Source: Octopus sinensis (Eukaryota). From it: 64,000 nucleotides of DNA. Shown here in pieces: positions 1 through 13,875 of this stretch. Below the pieces are notes generated by a model. That model was not told the DNA's origin and searched no databases. It saw nothing but the letters and a program-made list of their open reading frames with translations. Location of the stretch: assembly GCF_006345805.1 (NCBI RefSeq), contig NC_042997.1:48670001-48734000 (forward strand). Reading direction: 5' to 3'. Position numbers and translations under genes: made by a program. The number at the start of each line of letters is the position of its first letter. Position 1 is the first letter of the stretch.

Positions 1-277
1 ATATTTTTCTAAAAGTGTCAGTACCTCCATTTTCCTTGTAACGCTCATAAGTACATTCACGTATATAGAAACATACATAAACACATATATACACCCACTC
101 TCTCACTCTTACTCTCTCTCTCTCTCTCTTACTCTTCCTCACTTTCTCCTTCCCTCTTTTCGATCTTAAATTTTATTCTTGCCCCTTCACATATATCCTC
201 TCTATCCTCTCTCCATCTCCCTTTTTCTCTATCCCTCGCACTTTCATCTATGTTGTAGTTTCCTTTTACCCACTCCT

Positions 278-312
<35 letters not shown>

Positions 313-634
313 ATTTATCTCTCTCTGCCTCTCTCTCTCTCTCTCATGCATGCTCTTTCGCTCATATTCTCTCATGCTCTCTTTCTATCACTATATCCTA
401 ATTTTATTCTCTCTCAATCTGTTTAATTACAGTTAATTACTTTTCATTCTTGTTCATTTCCGCGTTTTTCCTTTATCTTTCACTCTCTCCCCCCTCTCTC
501 TCTGTTTCTCACTCACTTTTCGATAAGGAGACACACACGCATACACTACAATACTCTCACCATAGGACCTCCATCAAGTTCATACAGAACTACACACACT
601 AACACCCATACATAAATGCATACATACATACATA

Positions 635-1052
635 TTACTCTATCCAGATTACAAGTTCAGGTTTATATCTGTAATAATTGGGGCCCTGAGATATGTAACA
701 CACTGCATAGATACCAATCTTGAGAAATTAGACTTTTCAAAATCAAAACGGAGAAATCTAATACGAAGACTACAGATTCACTCCATCACTAGAACTATAA
801 AAATCTTTGAAACTTTCCAGAAGTTTATCATTTAAATATATATGACCATTTCTAGATAGGCAAGTATATGCATGAGAATACATACATAAAACATATAAAT
901 CTGCACATACATGCATACATGCATAAATACATACATACATACAAAAATACCCTGTTGTTGATGTTGAAATTCCAATGAAGGAGCCTTCGATCTAGGTTAG
1001 AAACCGGTTCTTTCTCTATTGGCAAGAAATCTTGAAATAAACTGGATAATGA
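635..1052 (+). mobile_element. 3' fragment of the R4-type LINE family at 13876-15793, plus a downstream ~110 bp module B
   Basis: 635-905 is the reverse complement of ~13876-14120 (tatccagattacaagttca, cgaagactacagat, aaatctgcacatacat). It is followed by CATA repeats and module B (ttccaatgaaggag...gaaaccggttctttctctattggcaagaaatcttgaaataaa), which recurs at 33625 and 34200. Confidence 0.8.
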
Positions 1053-2137
1053 TATATATACATACATACAAACACGTACACGCACACATAAACAAACTAG
1101 CATAGGCAGTTCTACCCGCAATCATGGAACCGAACAGCGTAGAACTACACAAACACAGTGGAGCGCTTATACCCACCGGGGCCTATTCACACAGCCTCAA
1201 TCAAACATAACATACACAAGCTCATAGCAAAACACACATAGCTATACACAAACACGCAAAATACTCCACTCATACAAACAAACTTACGCAAACACGCACA
1301 GTTTAAATGACCCAATCCTCTTCTTTCTTTCTGTCTTTCTTTGTTTCTTTCTGGTTTTTTTTTTTTCGTTTCATATGGCAAACCAAAGTTAACCAGAATT
1401 ACACAATTAGACCACACAAAAGGCTAACAGAACAAAAGAAAGTATTTAACAATTCAAAACACTTCTTGGCGGGACATGATAAAGATGGTCTCTTTCAAAG
1501 AAGAATATTCTATCTTTTTAATCTGGTTTGCTTTTTAATTTTTAATTCAATTTATAATCTCATATTATTTCTAATTATTAGATCATTATTATTCTTGTGA
1601 GAGTAATCAACTTCTAGACAATCTCTGTCATAAAAGTAATAAGTTCAATCTCTACCGAAGTCATTTATTAACACAGATTACTGCATCGTCTGCTTTGTCT
1701 ACAAATTTCGATAAAATTAGTTTATTGAAATTAATTCCATGCCTTTTTTTTCATATTGTACCCACCGGTAGCGAGAGATTTTATTAGCTAATTGCTAGAA
1801 TATTTTCATTTCATCGAAGTTTATCAACTAACTACACTGACTGCAAGCGTCTCTACAATATTTAGTATGCAGAATGTTCCGCTAAGACCCTAAGATGCTT
1901 TTCCTCAGCTATTTTGGTGTTATTTATAATCTGTATCACTACATTACACTCTCCTCTTTCTCTCGGTCTCTCTAGCTGTAAAGGTATATATATATATACT
2001 GTATATACAAACAGTATCAACTACATGCACTCAAAGTTTACTTTCATGTATTAAAATATATATGTATGTATGTGTGTGTGTTTATATATATATATACAGA
2101 GAGAGACAGACAGACAGAGAGAAAGATAGAAAGAGAC

Positions 2138-2172
<35 letters not shown>

Positions 2173-2332
2173 TTAATATTTAGCAGAAGCAATAGAGTGA
2201 TTCAAGGCCCGAAAGTTTGGTGCTTTGACACGTGCCAACGCTCGAAACATTTGGCCTTTTGCCGCTTCACTTTTACTCCACTTTCGAAATTACCCTCTTA
2301 CACACACACACACACTCTCTCTCTCTCTCTCC

Positions 2333-2364
<32 letters not shown>

Positions 2365-2554
2365 CTCTCTCCCTCTCTTACAACTTCTGCTAAGTATTAC
2401 TAAAAATATACACATACTCGTATTTTGAGTTCTATTTTTCCTGTTTGCATCACCATCCATCCATCCATACACTCATCCATACGTACATGCATACATACAT
2501 AAAACATATATACATACATACAAAAATATATACAGAAATATATATATATTACCT

Positions 2555-3960
2555 TGACTTTGTCGTTAACCACCAAGTGGCTTCCCTCTCCTCATACATT
2601 CACGACACCAACCATGCTCTCCCTTTATTCAATTCTTTCTTTTTCCCTCCTAGCCCTCACAACTCTTATTCACCCTCGATATTAAATCATTATACACTGA
2701 GATACCACGCAACGAAGCTCTTCTTGCTCTTTCTCGATCTTCGTCCCGATCCTCAACCCGACTCTCCTTCGTTTGGCTCAACTCCTCCTCTCTCTCAACT
2801 GCTTCTCGTTCGCGTGGAATTTTTACCTAAATATGCGAACCTGTTTGTCGGCTATGTTGGGGCCCAAATATTCTCGCAGTTCAATGGTCTTATATAGTCG
2901 TTATATCGAAGCAACCTAGCTCCCCTGCGAACGTCTTGACTCCTTCCTCTTTTTCGTCCAGCCTTTGAATCCTGCTTTCGATACTTGAATCCTGCTTTCG
3001 AATCCTTCTGCACCTTTTCCAACTCTTCAATTGATTTTCTCGACGTTTCTGATTGGACTCAGTTTCAATTTCTATTCCTCCCACCCTACCCACACCAAAC
3101 TCTCTACCCGCTAATCGCAGCTCCTCCATCTACACCGGCTCTGCAGTGACGACAACGACTTTGAGATCCAGTCTCAAATCATGGCTCGCCATTCCACTCT
3201 ACGTGATACCCCCTCACCATTATCCAAACTGCCCTCACCCGTGCACGATCCGTTGACAATGCTTCTTCTTTCTCTAACCGCACTCTCCTCACCCTTACTC
3301 GCCTCCCGTTCCCCTATGCTACCACTCTTTCACGCTACCCCTCCAACGTACAAGTCTCCGAGCCTTCCGACGATTCCAGTTTGACCGCTACACCTCTCAC
3401 ATCTTTCTCAACTCACCCCCTTCTCTCCTCCAAATACGCCAATAGGCTGAATGACCATCTGGTCCATAGTTCCTTCCGCAATTCTGGTACCTAGACTGAC
3501 TCCTTCTCTTGCTCTCGCCCAAGTTGTCGCACTTGACCCAACTTCTCCAACACCACAATTCTCACTGGTACCCACCACCGACCTATTTACCTGCAGATCC
3601 ATCAATTTTATCTAGTGTATCTCTTGCTGACTCTGTTCTTCTTTCTACATTGGCCAAACGGGACGCCGATGGCCGACCAGTTCACTGGACATCTCCGAGA
3701 TATTAGACACGGCAATGACTCTCTAGTTTCGTGCCACTTCCGCTCAACCGGTCATTCACTACAACATCAGACTGTCTTTGCACAGATGCCATCGGCCTCC
3801 CGCATTCGCCATGAACGAGAATTGGTATTCTCTCTTCATTCCTGTCCCTCTTATGGTCTTCATTCATCAACTCTTCATCTAAACCAACTCTACATAATTC
3901 ACAGCCACATCCAAGCGTTAACTGCCTCTCCTACTCGACCCCCACACCTGTACACTGCCT
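2555..3960 (+). mobile_element. Decayed Penelope-like retroelement (RT C-terminal part plus GIY-YIG endonuclease)
   Basis: Frameshifted peptides FLDLRPDPQPD, YANLFVGYVGAQIFSQFNG and LHRLCSDDNDFEIQSQIMARH (PLE RT/thumb), then CISC..CSSFYIGQTGR and HLRDIRHGNDSLVSCHFRSTGH (GIY-YIG with CCHH). Confidence 0.85.
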
Positions 3961-4529
3961 AACTTAGTAGCCCCACCACACCCACTATTATACAAACAGC
4001 CCCACACACTGTTTAACTCAGTATCCACATCACACACAATTATGCACACATTCCCCCCACACACGCACACATACACAGTCACATGCATATTCACTCACAC
4101 ACACTACGGACACATTACTGAAACAAGCACATATCAATTGCTACACTCAAGCGTTTGTACAAAACATACAACACATTCGATAGGTCACACACACGTACTA
4201 TACACAGCCTCACACGCATATCTACACCTTCATACACACATACATGTATACATACATGGAGCTCACATCACTCCACACAACACAGGCACTGGTTTACTTA
4301 TACACATACACACACATGTTCCCATACGCACACAGAGGCTCACATAATTTTAGGTTCGCCCACATATTCATTTATACACGCTCGCCCTCATTCACATACT
4401 CACTCAGACACACACACCATTCTTACATACTCGCACATACCTCCGCATCTCAGTTCAGCCAGGTCAGCGTTATTATCTTTCCTTCACTCAGCCCTTTTTC
4501 CGGTCATTTCACCATGTTAAACAGTTAAT

Positions 4530-4746
4530 CCCAACACATTTTTCCTCTCTCCGCTTTTTCTTTCTCTCCCCGCTTTTGCATTCACTCTTCGCTTTTTCTT
4601 TCTCTTTCCCTTTTTCCCCTTTTCTCCCTTTCTGTCGAAGAGCATAGGCTTGAAACGTCAAAAACTTTTCCATTCTTCCCTGGCGTCAAACTAATATACC
4701 TGCTTGTTGTTCTCTCACATGTCTTCGTTTTGCTGTTTTCTATACA

Positions 4747-4752
<6 letters not shown>
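4530..4752 (+). mobile_element. PLE-type terminal (pseudo-LTR-like) repeat
   Basis: Homologous to 53415-53595 (gaagagc(a/g)taggct(t/c)gaaacgt...ctaata(t)ac(c/a)tg(c/t)ttgtt...tcttcgt). Lies downstream of the PLE at 2555-3960 and ends in (TA)n. Confidence 0.65.
4628..4663 (+). ncRNA. Minimal hammerhead-like motif, non-canonical core (CUGUCGA)
   Basis: CUUU-CUGUCGA-A-GAGC AUAG GCUU-GAAAC-GUC-AAAA: helix II 4 bp, helix I UUU/AAA, GUC triplet. Confidence 0.5.
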
Positions 4753-4831
<79 letters not shown>

Positions 4832-5469
4832 TCCAGAAGCAGCATTTTCTGTATTGTCAAGATATTTCGATGAACTCAGTTTGTTGAAATTATATCCCTT
4901 GCTTCTTGTTTTATACTTATATTACACGAGGGAGATTGTGATATTAATAGCATGTATACATTTAGTTGAATGATGTTTTTAAACTTTATATATTCCCTAT
5001 ATGATAAATATGATATGATATATATGGACACTATATAGACATACTAAAGTTTAGTACATCAAAAGATTCCGTTCTTTTTCATATATTTCCAAGAAAGCAA
5101 ACGCTGAAATACCCTGAAGTGCCTGTTAGATCATTGAAGAAAGGCTAAATAATCTTCAATGACCCATAGTTTTGAAGTCGTCAGTTCACTAAAGTACATA
5201 AATTTTCTCTAGAATCTATCGATTACATCTGCATTTTCAGATGCATTGTATAAACGAAGCGTTGTTGAAAACCGAGATCATATTGCACCAAACAACAAAA
5301 CGTCTATTATATGAATATACAGCAACATGCTGACACATAGTTATTCTAGCGAGTTATAACGCTCATATTTGATATACTATAGTATTATTGCAGGTAATAT
5401 TTACGAGCAAATTTAAGCGGGGATCTGGCATAATCCTTAGCACGCTGAACATAATTCTTAGCACGCCAG

Positions 5470-5620
5470 GCAGAATTGTTACCACGCTGAGCAAAATACT
5501 TAACGGCATTTCGTCCGTCATTAAGTCCTGCGTTCAAATTCCGCTGAGGTCAACTTTCATGATTTTCGGTTCGATAAAATAAGTAACAGTTGATCACTGG
5601 CGTCGATGTAGTCAACCGTT
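5470..5620 (+). mobile_element. Decayed tRNA-derived SINE, family D
   Basis: gttcaaattccgctgaggtcaacttt...ttcgataaaataagtaacagt matches the copy at 50090-50315 in reverse complement. The head is locally triplicated (ttagcacgc). Confidence 0.65.
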
Positions 5621-7599
5621 CTACCTTAAATTGCTGCCTTCTGCTAAAATTTGAAACCAGTATCTAAGAGCAAATATTATATTGATCACAATGAAGAATT
5701 GCTGACATAATGCTAAGTTCTGCAATTGAGATTTTTTTATTGCACCTCTACGGCAAAATAATATTAAATCAGTGTCATTTAGATTCGAGCACGTGATATC
5801 TACATTCAAATACGTTACTATAAAGTTTATTGCGATAGTTGAGTATGTTCGAGTTTCTAACGAAATTGTTCAGAAAGATTGATGTAGCAGCATCGATAGA
5901 AAAGGATTAATAAGAACATCTAAAAGTGAAATGAACAATTTTGGAGCGTAGTAAACTATTTTACTGGTAAACGAAGTCTATAGTACCCTTTTGTCCGAAT
6001 TCTTATTAAATTTATCGCGAGTAAAACAATTGTGTTTTATAGATGAAAGGTGCAAACATCACCATCAAACAAAAAATTAAACTACTCAAGAAATCTTTAA
6101 GGGATTTAATTATTTTTATTATCAAACTTATGAATAGCGTATACAAAGTGAAGATCTTTTGCTTTTATCACCGAATTCAGTTTCATTTTACATAGAAATG
6201 TCTCATAAAATACTCGCTTTTTATCTAATTTTCTTATTTATGTTAGCAATGTAAAGATTTCATGACAAAGGAGATTATTCATCTCGACGTTATCTATCTT
6301 TAGTTGTTTCTGTTTTCTTTGGTTAGTTTCTCTTTCTATCAGCCAAACACCCGCTCAGCCTTGCCCTATTCTATTATTATTATTGTTATTATTTTTTTTT
6401 GGCGGGAGGTAAGTTTTACAAAAGTAAGTTCTGTTTTGAGAGGACTTGAGACATAAAGCTAACAATATTTTTTACTCTTCACATAAATAAATATTGAATC
6501 CAGCGAGAGGACATCTAAGTGCTCGCTCAACTCAACTTTCAACTTGCCAGAAATAACAATGAAATCCTAACCTAAATCTAAATAAAGGATGAATTCACAG
6601 GATAGTATAGTCTTAATTACAGCAAATCCGAATATAAGACAGCATAGTAACCATGCTTTCGATTACATATCTGTTAGACCAAAGCTGTCTTCGACCTAAG
6701 CAACTCCGAAATTCATGATATTTGAATACGCACGCATACATATCTAAATCGGTGTCTAAGCTGTTAAGAATGAATGAAAATAAATAGAAGTATTTTAGTT
6801 GATGCATTAAGTTATTGCTACGTCCATGTAGTATCAATAATTTAATTAGTCGCGTAACTTGTAACTTGTACACGGTATTAGGTTGCTGTACAGTATTCAA
6901 TTGCTGCTATATTAATGTTATAGCTTAAGTATTCTCATTAGTAATCGGCAATGGCAAATTTGACAAGTGATTTTCATTAAGACCTTTCATTTCTCAGGAC
7001 AGTTTCTAATAAATATATATTTCTTCTTGGCTCATAGCTGCTAATTCTCTCACTCTACTGGGAATACACATTATAAATATGAATCCATGATGTAACCTAC
7101 AATTAATAACTTTGACTAAATAATATGGAATTTTTCAATTTATCTTCATATTGGGTTCGTTCAAATATTAGTTATAACTAAATATTAATGTTGAAAAATC
7201 TTTGTTTCCTCAAGAAAGAATCATTAAAACAGAAGAAAAACTAATTTTGATATCTCACGACAACTGAAAACGATACCCGTCGACTATAAGAGTAACTTTC
7301 AATTTGCTACATTATATCAGAACTCTCAGGTTTTCGAATTTCTTGTTCACTGGAGATCATGCGCAATATTTCTGTCACACTTTGCATAATGTACGAAATT
7401 ATTTCTTAATAATCATAATTGCATATAACCGCATGATGGCATGATTGTGAATAAACTAAACAATTGCATAGATTATAAAAAAGCTTTAATTTATAAGTTG
7501 AAAAATCTGTGCAATGCGTAGCTACCGCAGGCGATATATTGAGAGCCACTGCTCTGGTGTTAAAGGTAATATTAAGCTATTCCATCACTATCTCTCATG

Positions 7600-7615
7600 T
7601 AATAATAATAATAAC

Positions 7616-7707
<92 letters not shown>

Positions 7708-7727
7708 AAGAAGAAGAAGAAGAAGAA
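7600..7727 (+). repeat. Compound (TAA)n(GAA)n microsatellite
   Basis: Directly visible tandem repeat. Confidence 0.95.
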
Positions 7728-8535
7728 TGTGAAGATTTCATAGCTGCTCAAGACCAAAGCTTATTAACCCGGAACTACCAAGCCAATGTGATAAAAAATA
7801 GAGCTGACCCAAAATGCCGATTCTGTAACGATGAGATTGAAACAACAGACCACCTAATGTCAAGGTGTAGAGTCTTAGCACCTGTAGAATATAAAGCAAG
7901 ACATGACAGAGTCGGCCAGTATTTACACTGGGCAATATGGCGGCATTATATAATCAAAACCGCTGACAAATGGTATAAACACCATCTTGAAACACTGACT
8001 GAGGGAGAAAATGCATTGATTCTCTGGGACTTCCCCGTACATACCGACAAAACTATAACAGCTAATAAACCGGATATTATTATAAAAGATCAGACAAAAA
8101 AGATGTGTTTATTAATTGACATAAGTATTCCTTGCGATTACAATATAGCGGCGAAAGAATTTGACAAGATCAGTAAATATAAAGACTTGCTAATAGAAAT
8201 TGGAAAAATATGGCATCTCAAGGCGACTACAGTACCAGTGATTGTAGGATCTCTAGGAATGATTTAAAAAAGGTACTGAAACCTATTTGAAAATCATACC
8301 AGGCTTACCATCTCTACAGGAAGTGCAAACGACTCATGTACTGAGAAGAGCATTATCGCTGTGAAAACAACATCCATTCATGAATTTATTTATTTATTAA
8401 TTTTTTAAATACATATTTTACCTGTGAATTTACGTGTATAATCTGGGAATGCATACAATGAGCTTCTCTGCCCTAGGTGTACGGAAAACACTCGGCGAGA
8501 AATGGACGAACATTTGAAAAAAAAAGGAAAAAATA
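7728..8535 (+). mobile_element. 5'-truncated R4/Dong-type non-LTR retrotransposon (CCHC knuckle, REL endonuclease, 3' UTR)
   Basis: AAQDQSLLTRNYQ, CRFC...DHLMSRC, RHDRV, LWDFPVHTD, NKPDIIIKD, LIDISIP, EFDKISKYKDL and VPVIVGSLG. A frameshifted tail HVLRRALSL* ends near 8364, and an A-rich end runs into AAT/AAC repeats. Confidence 0.9.
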
Positions 8536-9269
8536 ATAACAACAACAATAATGATGATCATGAGGATCATGATGATCATGATGATGATAATAATAATCTT
8601 AATATTAACACTGAAAGCATTGAAATGATAGTGATCTGCGTTAACAATAATTAGACCATGGAGTACGGATATGTAGGCGTGCTGCTGGGTGTTATTTTTA
8701 TTCCTATGATATTTGCTATTACACGGCTAGATTTCTTATAAGCTTTGTTTAACTGTATATAGCTTTCCAAGAGGTTCTACATTGTTAAGTATTAATAAGA
8801 TCTATTCAATCACCTAGATGCTTATTAGTATTATTATACTTTTCACGTTGTGATAGATGGGCGGAAAATTATATATTATGAATTTGAAAACGTACAACTA
8901 CCACATCGCAATACAGTTAACATATTTCAAGCACCATGATAATTTTAATTCATTTGGTATTAGACCAATTTTATAAGGATCAGCATTTATATATTGTTAT
9001 GACTAAGCAATTATTTGTTTTGCATTTAGAGATTATGCTCAGTCTTAACAGCAACTGAACTCAAAACGCAGCGATACATTTGATAAAGCTGAGTCGAAGG
9101 CTTTGTCGATTTTTGCTCAGAAGTTTCCGAACAGCCAACAGAAAGCTAGATGTAAGATAACAAAGTGAAGCGAAAAATATTACATATAACAGCGCCTTAC
9201 AGTACTAAAAGAATCGAGACTTATTGAAATGATAAAGGGTGTACACAAACAATTCTACGCAAAAACACG

Positions 9270-9690
9270 CGAGGGATGTTCAAAAAGATCCATTACAATG
9301 ATGAAGACTAAGTACAAATACAATTTAACACGACGTGGTGGTATTCACTTACTGAACATAAATGTTGTTGCTGTTCTTCTTCCTCTCTGTCAATTGATAT
9401 TTATATTTTTTTCCCTTCGTCCTCAAGTTGAACATAGGACATTTTTCCATATCACCCCCAAAGGAAACATGAGAAGAAAATCATCGCCAAAAATGCTTAA
9501 ACCGTGGTTTGCACCAAATCCAACTGACAGCAAGACTAGTTTAATAGTCGTCGTCGGAAATGAGCAACATGATATTAGATACGCACATGCGTGCTAAATT
9601 GGAAACTTTGAAAGCAGTAATGACGCCATGTCGACTTCGGTCTTCATTTGAAAGGTCACGCCAACAATAGCCGAAAGAAATTGACGAAGA
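9270..9690 (+). mobile_element. Possible mariner-derived non-autonomous remnant
   Basis: Starts cgagggatgttcaaaaag, resembling mariner TIR starts (TACGAGGG.TGTTCAAAAAG). No partner TIR or transposase seen. Confidence 0.3.
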
Positions 9691-9713
9691 GAATAAAAAC
9701 ACGCATATATATA

Positions 9714-9760
<47 letters not shown>

Positions 9761-10154
9761 TTATACATATACATATACATACATATATATATATATATTT
9801 AGATAGATATGCATATATACGTACACACATAAACATATATATATGTATATTATATAGATATGTACGAATATTTATATATATGTATGTTTGTATGTATTTA
9901 AGTACGTATGTTTGTCCGCGCGTAAATATGTATGTAAGCATGTATGTATATATGCATGTATTTATGCATGCATATTTATACACCTACGTATATACCTCTG
10001 TGTGTAAGTCTCTGTGTGTGTACGTGTGTGCATATATACATATATATGTATGTATGTATATGAGCACAAACCTGGTCGCTAACAATTCCATTATCTCTTA
10101 TACTCTTATAATATCTCTATAGATAGATAGACGTAGAGAGAGAGATACGTACAT

Positions 10155-10245
<91 letters not shown>

Positions 10246-10268
10246 GGAAGAGAGAGAGATACATATAT

Positions 10269-10414
10269 CTTTCAGTTTCCGTTTAAAAATGCACTCACAT
10301 GGTTTCGGTCTGCTCGAGGCTGTAGTAGAAGACACTTGCACAAGTTGCCACGCAGTAGAACTGAACCCGGAAACATGTGGTTGGTAAGCAAACTACTTAC
10401 CACACAGCTACTCC

Positions 10415-10418
<4 letters not shown>
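10269..10418 (-). mobile_element. tRNA-derived SINE, family A (5' half)
   Basis: Reverse complement of gcaggagtagctgtgtggtaagtagtttgcttaccaaccacatgtttccgggttcagt; homologous to 16505-16680. Confidence 0.85.
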
Positions 10419-10498
<80 letters not shown>

Positions 10499-10566
10499 CA
10501 ACATACATACATACATACATACATACATACCCACACATATATAATGCATACATACATATATATTTC

Positions 10567-10615
<49 letters not shown>

Positions 10616-10636
10616 ATATATACACATAATTTTAAA

Positions 10637-10690
<54 letters not shown>

Positions 10691-11007
10691 CACACATATA
10701 TACACACAGAGAGAAAGGGTGAGTGTGATATAGTGAAACTACGTCAGTGATCAAGTCCATATATAAAGACATATTTACAGCGTATTTAAAGGTACGTAAA
10801 AAATATTTACCTGTACGTATTCGTAGATATATTCAGGTGCGTACGCATGCCGCTATTTAGATTTTTTTTATAGAAAACATATTGCAAACTCTATTTGAGA
10901 AGAACAAACTTTTTCACAATTGTGCAGTTCTTCACACGGCTTATAAAAACGTATAGTAAGTGTTTGTATAAACTAATCAACAATACATACATACAATACA
11001 TACATAC

Positions 11008-11074
<67 letters not shown>

Positions 11075-11181
11075 ATATATAATATAATAAAATATATATA
11101 TATATATATATAATTCCCTAATATTATTATTATATATATATGTGTATATATACATATATATATATATGTGTATATATACAT

Positions 11182-11260
<79 letters not shown>

Positions 11261-12160
11261 TACATGCGTGTGTGTGTCTATATATATATATGTGTAATAT
11301 TGTTTACAAAATTCTAACTTGACATGGGCAGAACCGGCAATTCGTATATTAGATGTTACAAAAAAGTATTTAATAATCAAAGATGTATGGTAGTTAGGAA
11401 TTCTTAAATGCGATTCAACGTTCGCAGTGTGAACTCTTATGTCATCAATGCATTATCTCTCGGTAGTTTTTGTGAACTTTTGAATGTCAGTGGTGTGCAT
11501 CATTACTTGTATTTTTTACTGACGTCTCTGCACTTTCACTATTTAAGAGGTGGGTCATGTGTTACAAGTAACGTGGCTTTCTTTGGCTTTGAAAATTATT
11601 GCTCTTCGAGTCATAATATGTGTAATTATTTTTCTATAAATATAATTTACAACGAGCTTCATGAAGTTATGTAGCCAAATATGATATATGATGATTCGTC
11701 TTAACCAGAAATTTCTTTACTACAAAATAGTTCAATTCCCAGTTATTTAATATACATTGCTGTTGTTGCTATTGTTGTTGTCGTTGTCGTCGTTGCTGTT
11801 TGTTAACTGATATTGCTTAGTCTCTGATTGGCCCTGCTTAAGAAGACCTGTGTTCAACCACATTCTAGCAATAAAAATCTTTTCTATTTTTTCAGCTATC
11901 ATGTATCGTAAACACAATACTACGATGAAATTTTAGTTTAAAGTCAGTAGTCTATATTTTCAGGGATACTTGGAGGTTGTTGGAGGTCAGCTGTCCTAGT
12001 AGACTTATTTTGTCGGCTCTAATATAATTCTTATTAACAATCAACGGTAAAGCCCGCTTTATAATTAGGCAGTTGAATATATTTGTACTTCAAGAATAAT
12101 CAAGGAACTACAGTACTACCTCGGTTTTCGAACATCTCTGATCACGAATAAATCGTGCTT

Positions 12161-12201
<41 letters not shown>

Positions 12202-12208
12202 TATATAT

Positions 12209-12240
<32 letters not shown>

Positions 12241-12254
12241 GTATGTATGTATTA

Positions 12255-12385
12255 TATAAAATTCGTTCTGTCTGTCTGTCTGTGTGTCTTCAGGATCTCG
12301 GGCATCCTCCATCCGATTGCGCTCAAATTTGATATATAGATACCGACGGTATCAGCGCGTGTATAATTCTTGAAAAGATTCATTA
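12255..12385 (+). mobile_element. Possible Helitron-type non-autonomous 5' end
   Basis: (TA)n-taaaattcgtt-(ctgt)n followed by ccgattgcgctcaaatttg, a layout typical of Helitron/HINE left ends. No 3' end identified. Confidence 0.35.
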
Positions 12386-12509
12386 CCTGTCAAAGACCGC
12401 AGAATAGTGTAGTAGAAGTGATAATGTTGTTTTGAGTCTTGGTAACGTATTGTTGTAAGCTACGAAATTCTTACATTCTCTCGATTTCTTTTAATTCATG
12501 GTCTCATAG

Positions 12510-13620
12510 TCTGAACAGACAAAATGGAAAACCCGTTACCCTGGAGGATGTCGAGGGCGATGCCCTGGAATATTCATTGTGACTCACGGGGTTCGCACTT
12601 GCGGGCAGCCATCACTGCTGCGATAGCGGTGAGCAGAGTTAAAGACTAGGGGCCAAGAACGCCGGAGGCTCGATCATAAACCTGTCAGAGAGCGACCGAT
12701 ACCATGACAGTTTGCTTTTTTCAGTTTGACAAGCAGCGGAGCCTCGGCTAGTAGCTGAAGACACCAAACTGTCGCTGGTGAAGGCGTCACAGCATGAGTC
12801 ATCTCAGATGATTAGCCACCTGTCACTGAACGGGAAATTTGTCATACCGTCAGGCCTTTTATCGTCCCCTCCATCTAACCCTCGACCTGGGAAAGGAAGT
12901 CTGCCGCATCCAGGCCATGCATTAGGATTCCGTTAACGGCATCATAGCGTGGTAGACAACCAGCACTATAATGGCATGACGATGGGTGGATCCCAAAAGG
13001 ATTCACAGTATGTCCTTAGCGGCATTGTGAGGATAACGAACCTGGAGGCAAACTTTCAGGGAAACACCGATCCGTAGACAGTTGCTTTCAAGCTGAGTGC
13101 TAGTTGCGTGTGATGGCACCACATTGAGGCAGGCTCCGCTGTGAGCCTCAACGCTTGAACAGAAATATGCCAGGCAGTACTGGTCATGACGGCGCATTAA
13201 CTCGTCTGAGATCATGCTACATTCGACGCCCTCTCATTTCTTTTGAAAGGAGCTGGACGCCCACTGAGCGGATAGGGAAATGAAGCCAGCAGGACACAGA
13301 CCAAGCTTAATCCATGTCGCGTAGCCCGCCTCACGCCCCTCGATCACAGTAGGTAAAGTTGTGTTGTGAGAAACCCTATGAACTCTATAGAGTGAACGAA
13401 CATTCAACAACTGAGTTAAGAGACCAATAATCTTTAGACATCTCTCGAGAAGAGCAACATTCGAAAATATCAACCACCTCATTGCGAAGGCAGAGATTCT
13501 CCTCTTGTTTGTTTCTGGAAAACTTTTCTTTGTAGGTGAGAGTTTTTGAGTTGTTGTGTAATCAATTACTGACTGTAAATTTCGGCTCGGGTTGCAGCCA
13601 GTGATCGTCTTCAACATCTA
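12510..13620 (-). mobile_element. Decayed CRE-like non-LTR retrotransposon, C-terminal REL region
   Basis: Minus-strand peptides AHSGACLNVVPS, LRIGVSL, RGLDGGDDKRPDGMTNFPF, SATSRGSAA and CEPRESQ.IFQGIALDILQGNGFSILS match the CRE-clade C-terminus. Confidence 0.75.
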
Positions 13621-13675
13621 GGACGGGAAAATTTATTAGTGATGTTCATATTTGTCTACCAATTTGACAACATCA

Positions 13676-13875
13676 ATGTATGTATGTATGTAAGTAAGTA
13701 TGTATGTATGTATGTATGTATGTATGTATGTATGTATGTATGTATGTATGTATGTATGTATGCATGCATGTATGTATGTATGCATGTATGTATGTATGTA
13801 CGTACGTACGTACGTATGTATGAATGTTTGTATGTATGTATGTATGTATGTATGTATGTATGTATGTATGTATGT
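13676..13875 (+). repeat. (TATG)n microsatellite
   Basis: Directly visible; abuts the 3' end of the R4-type LINE. Confidence 0.95.
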
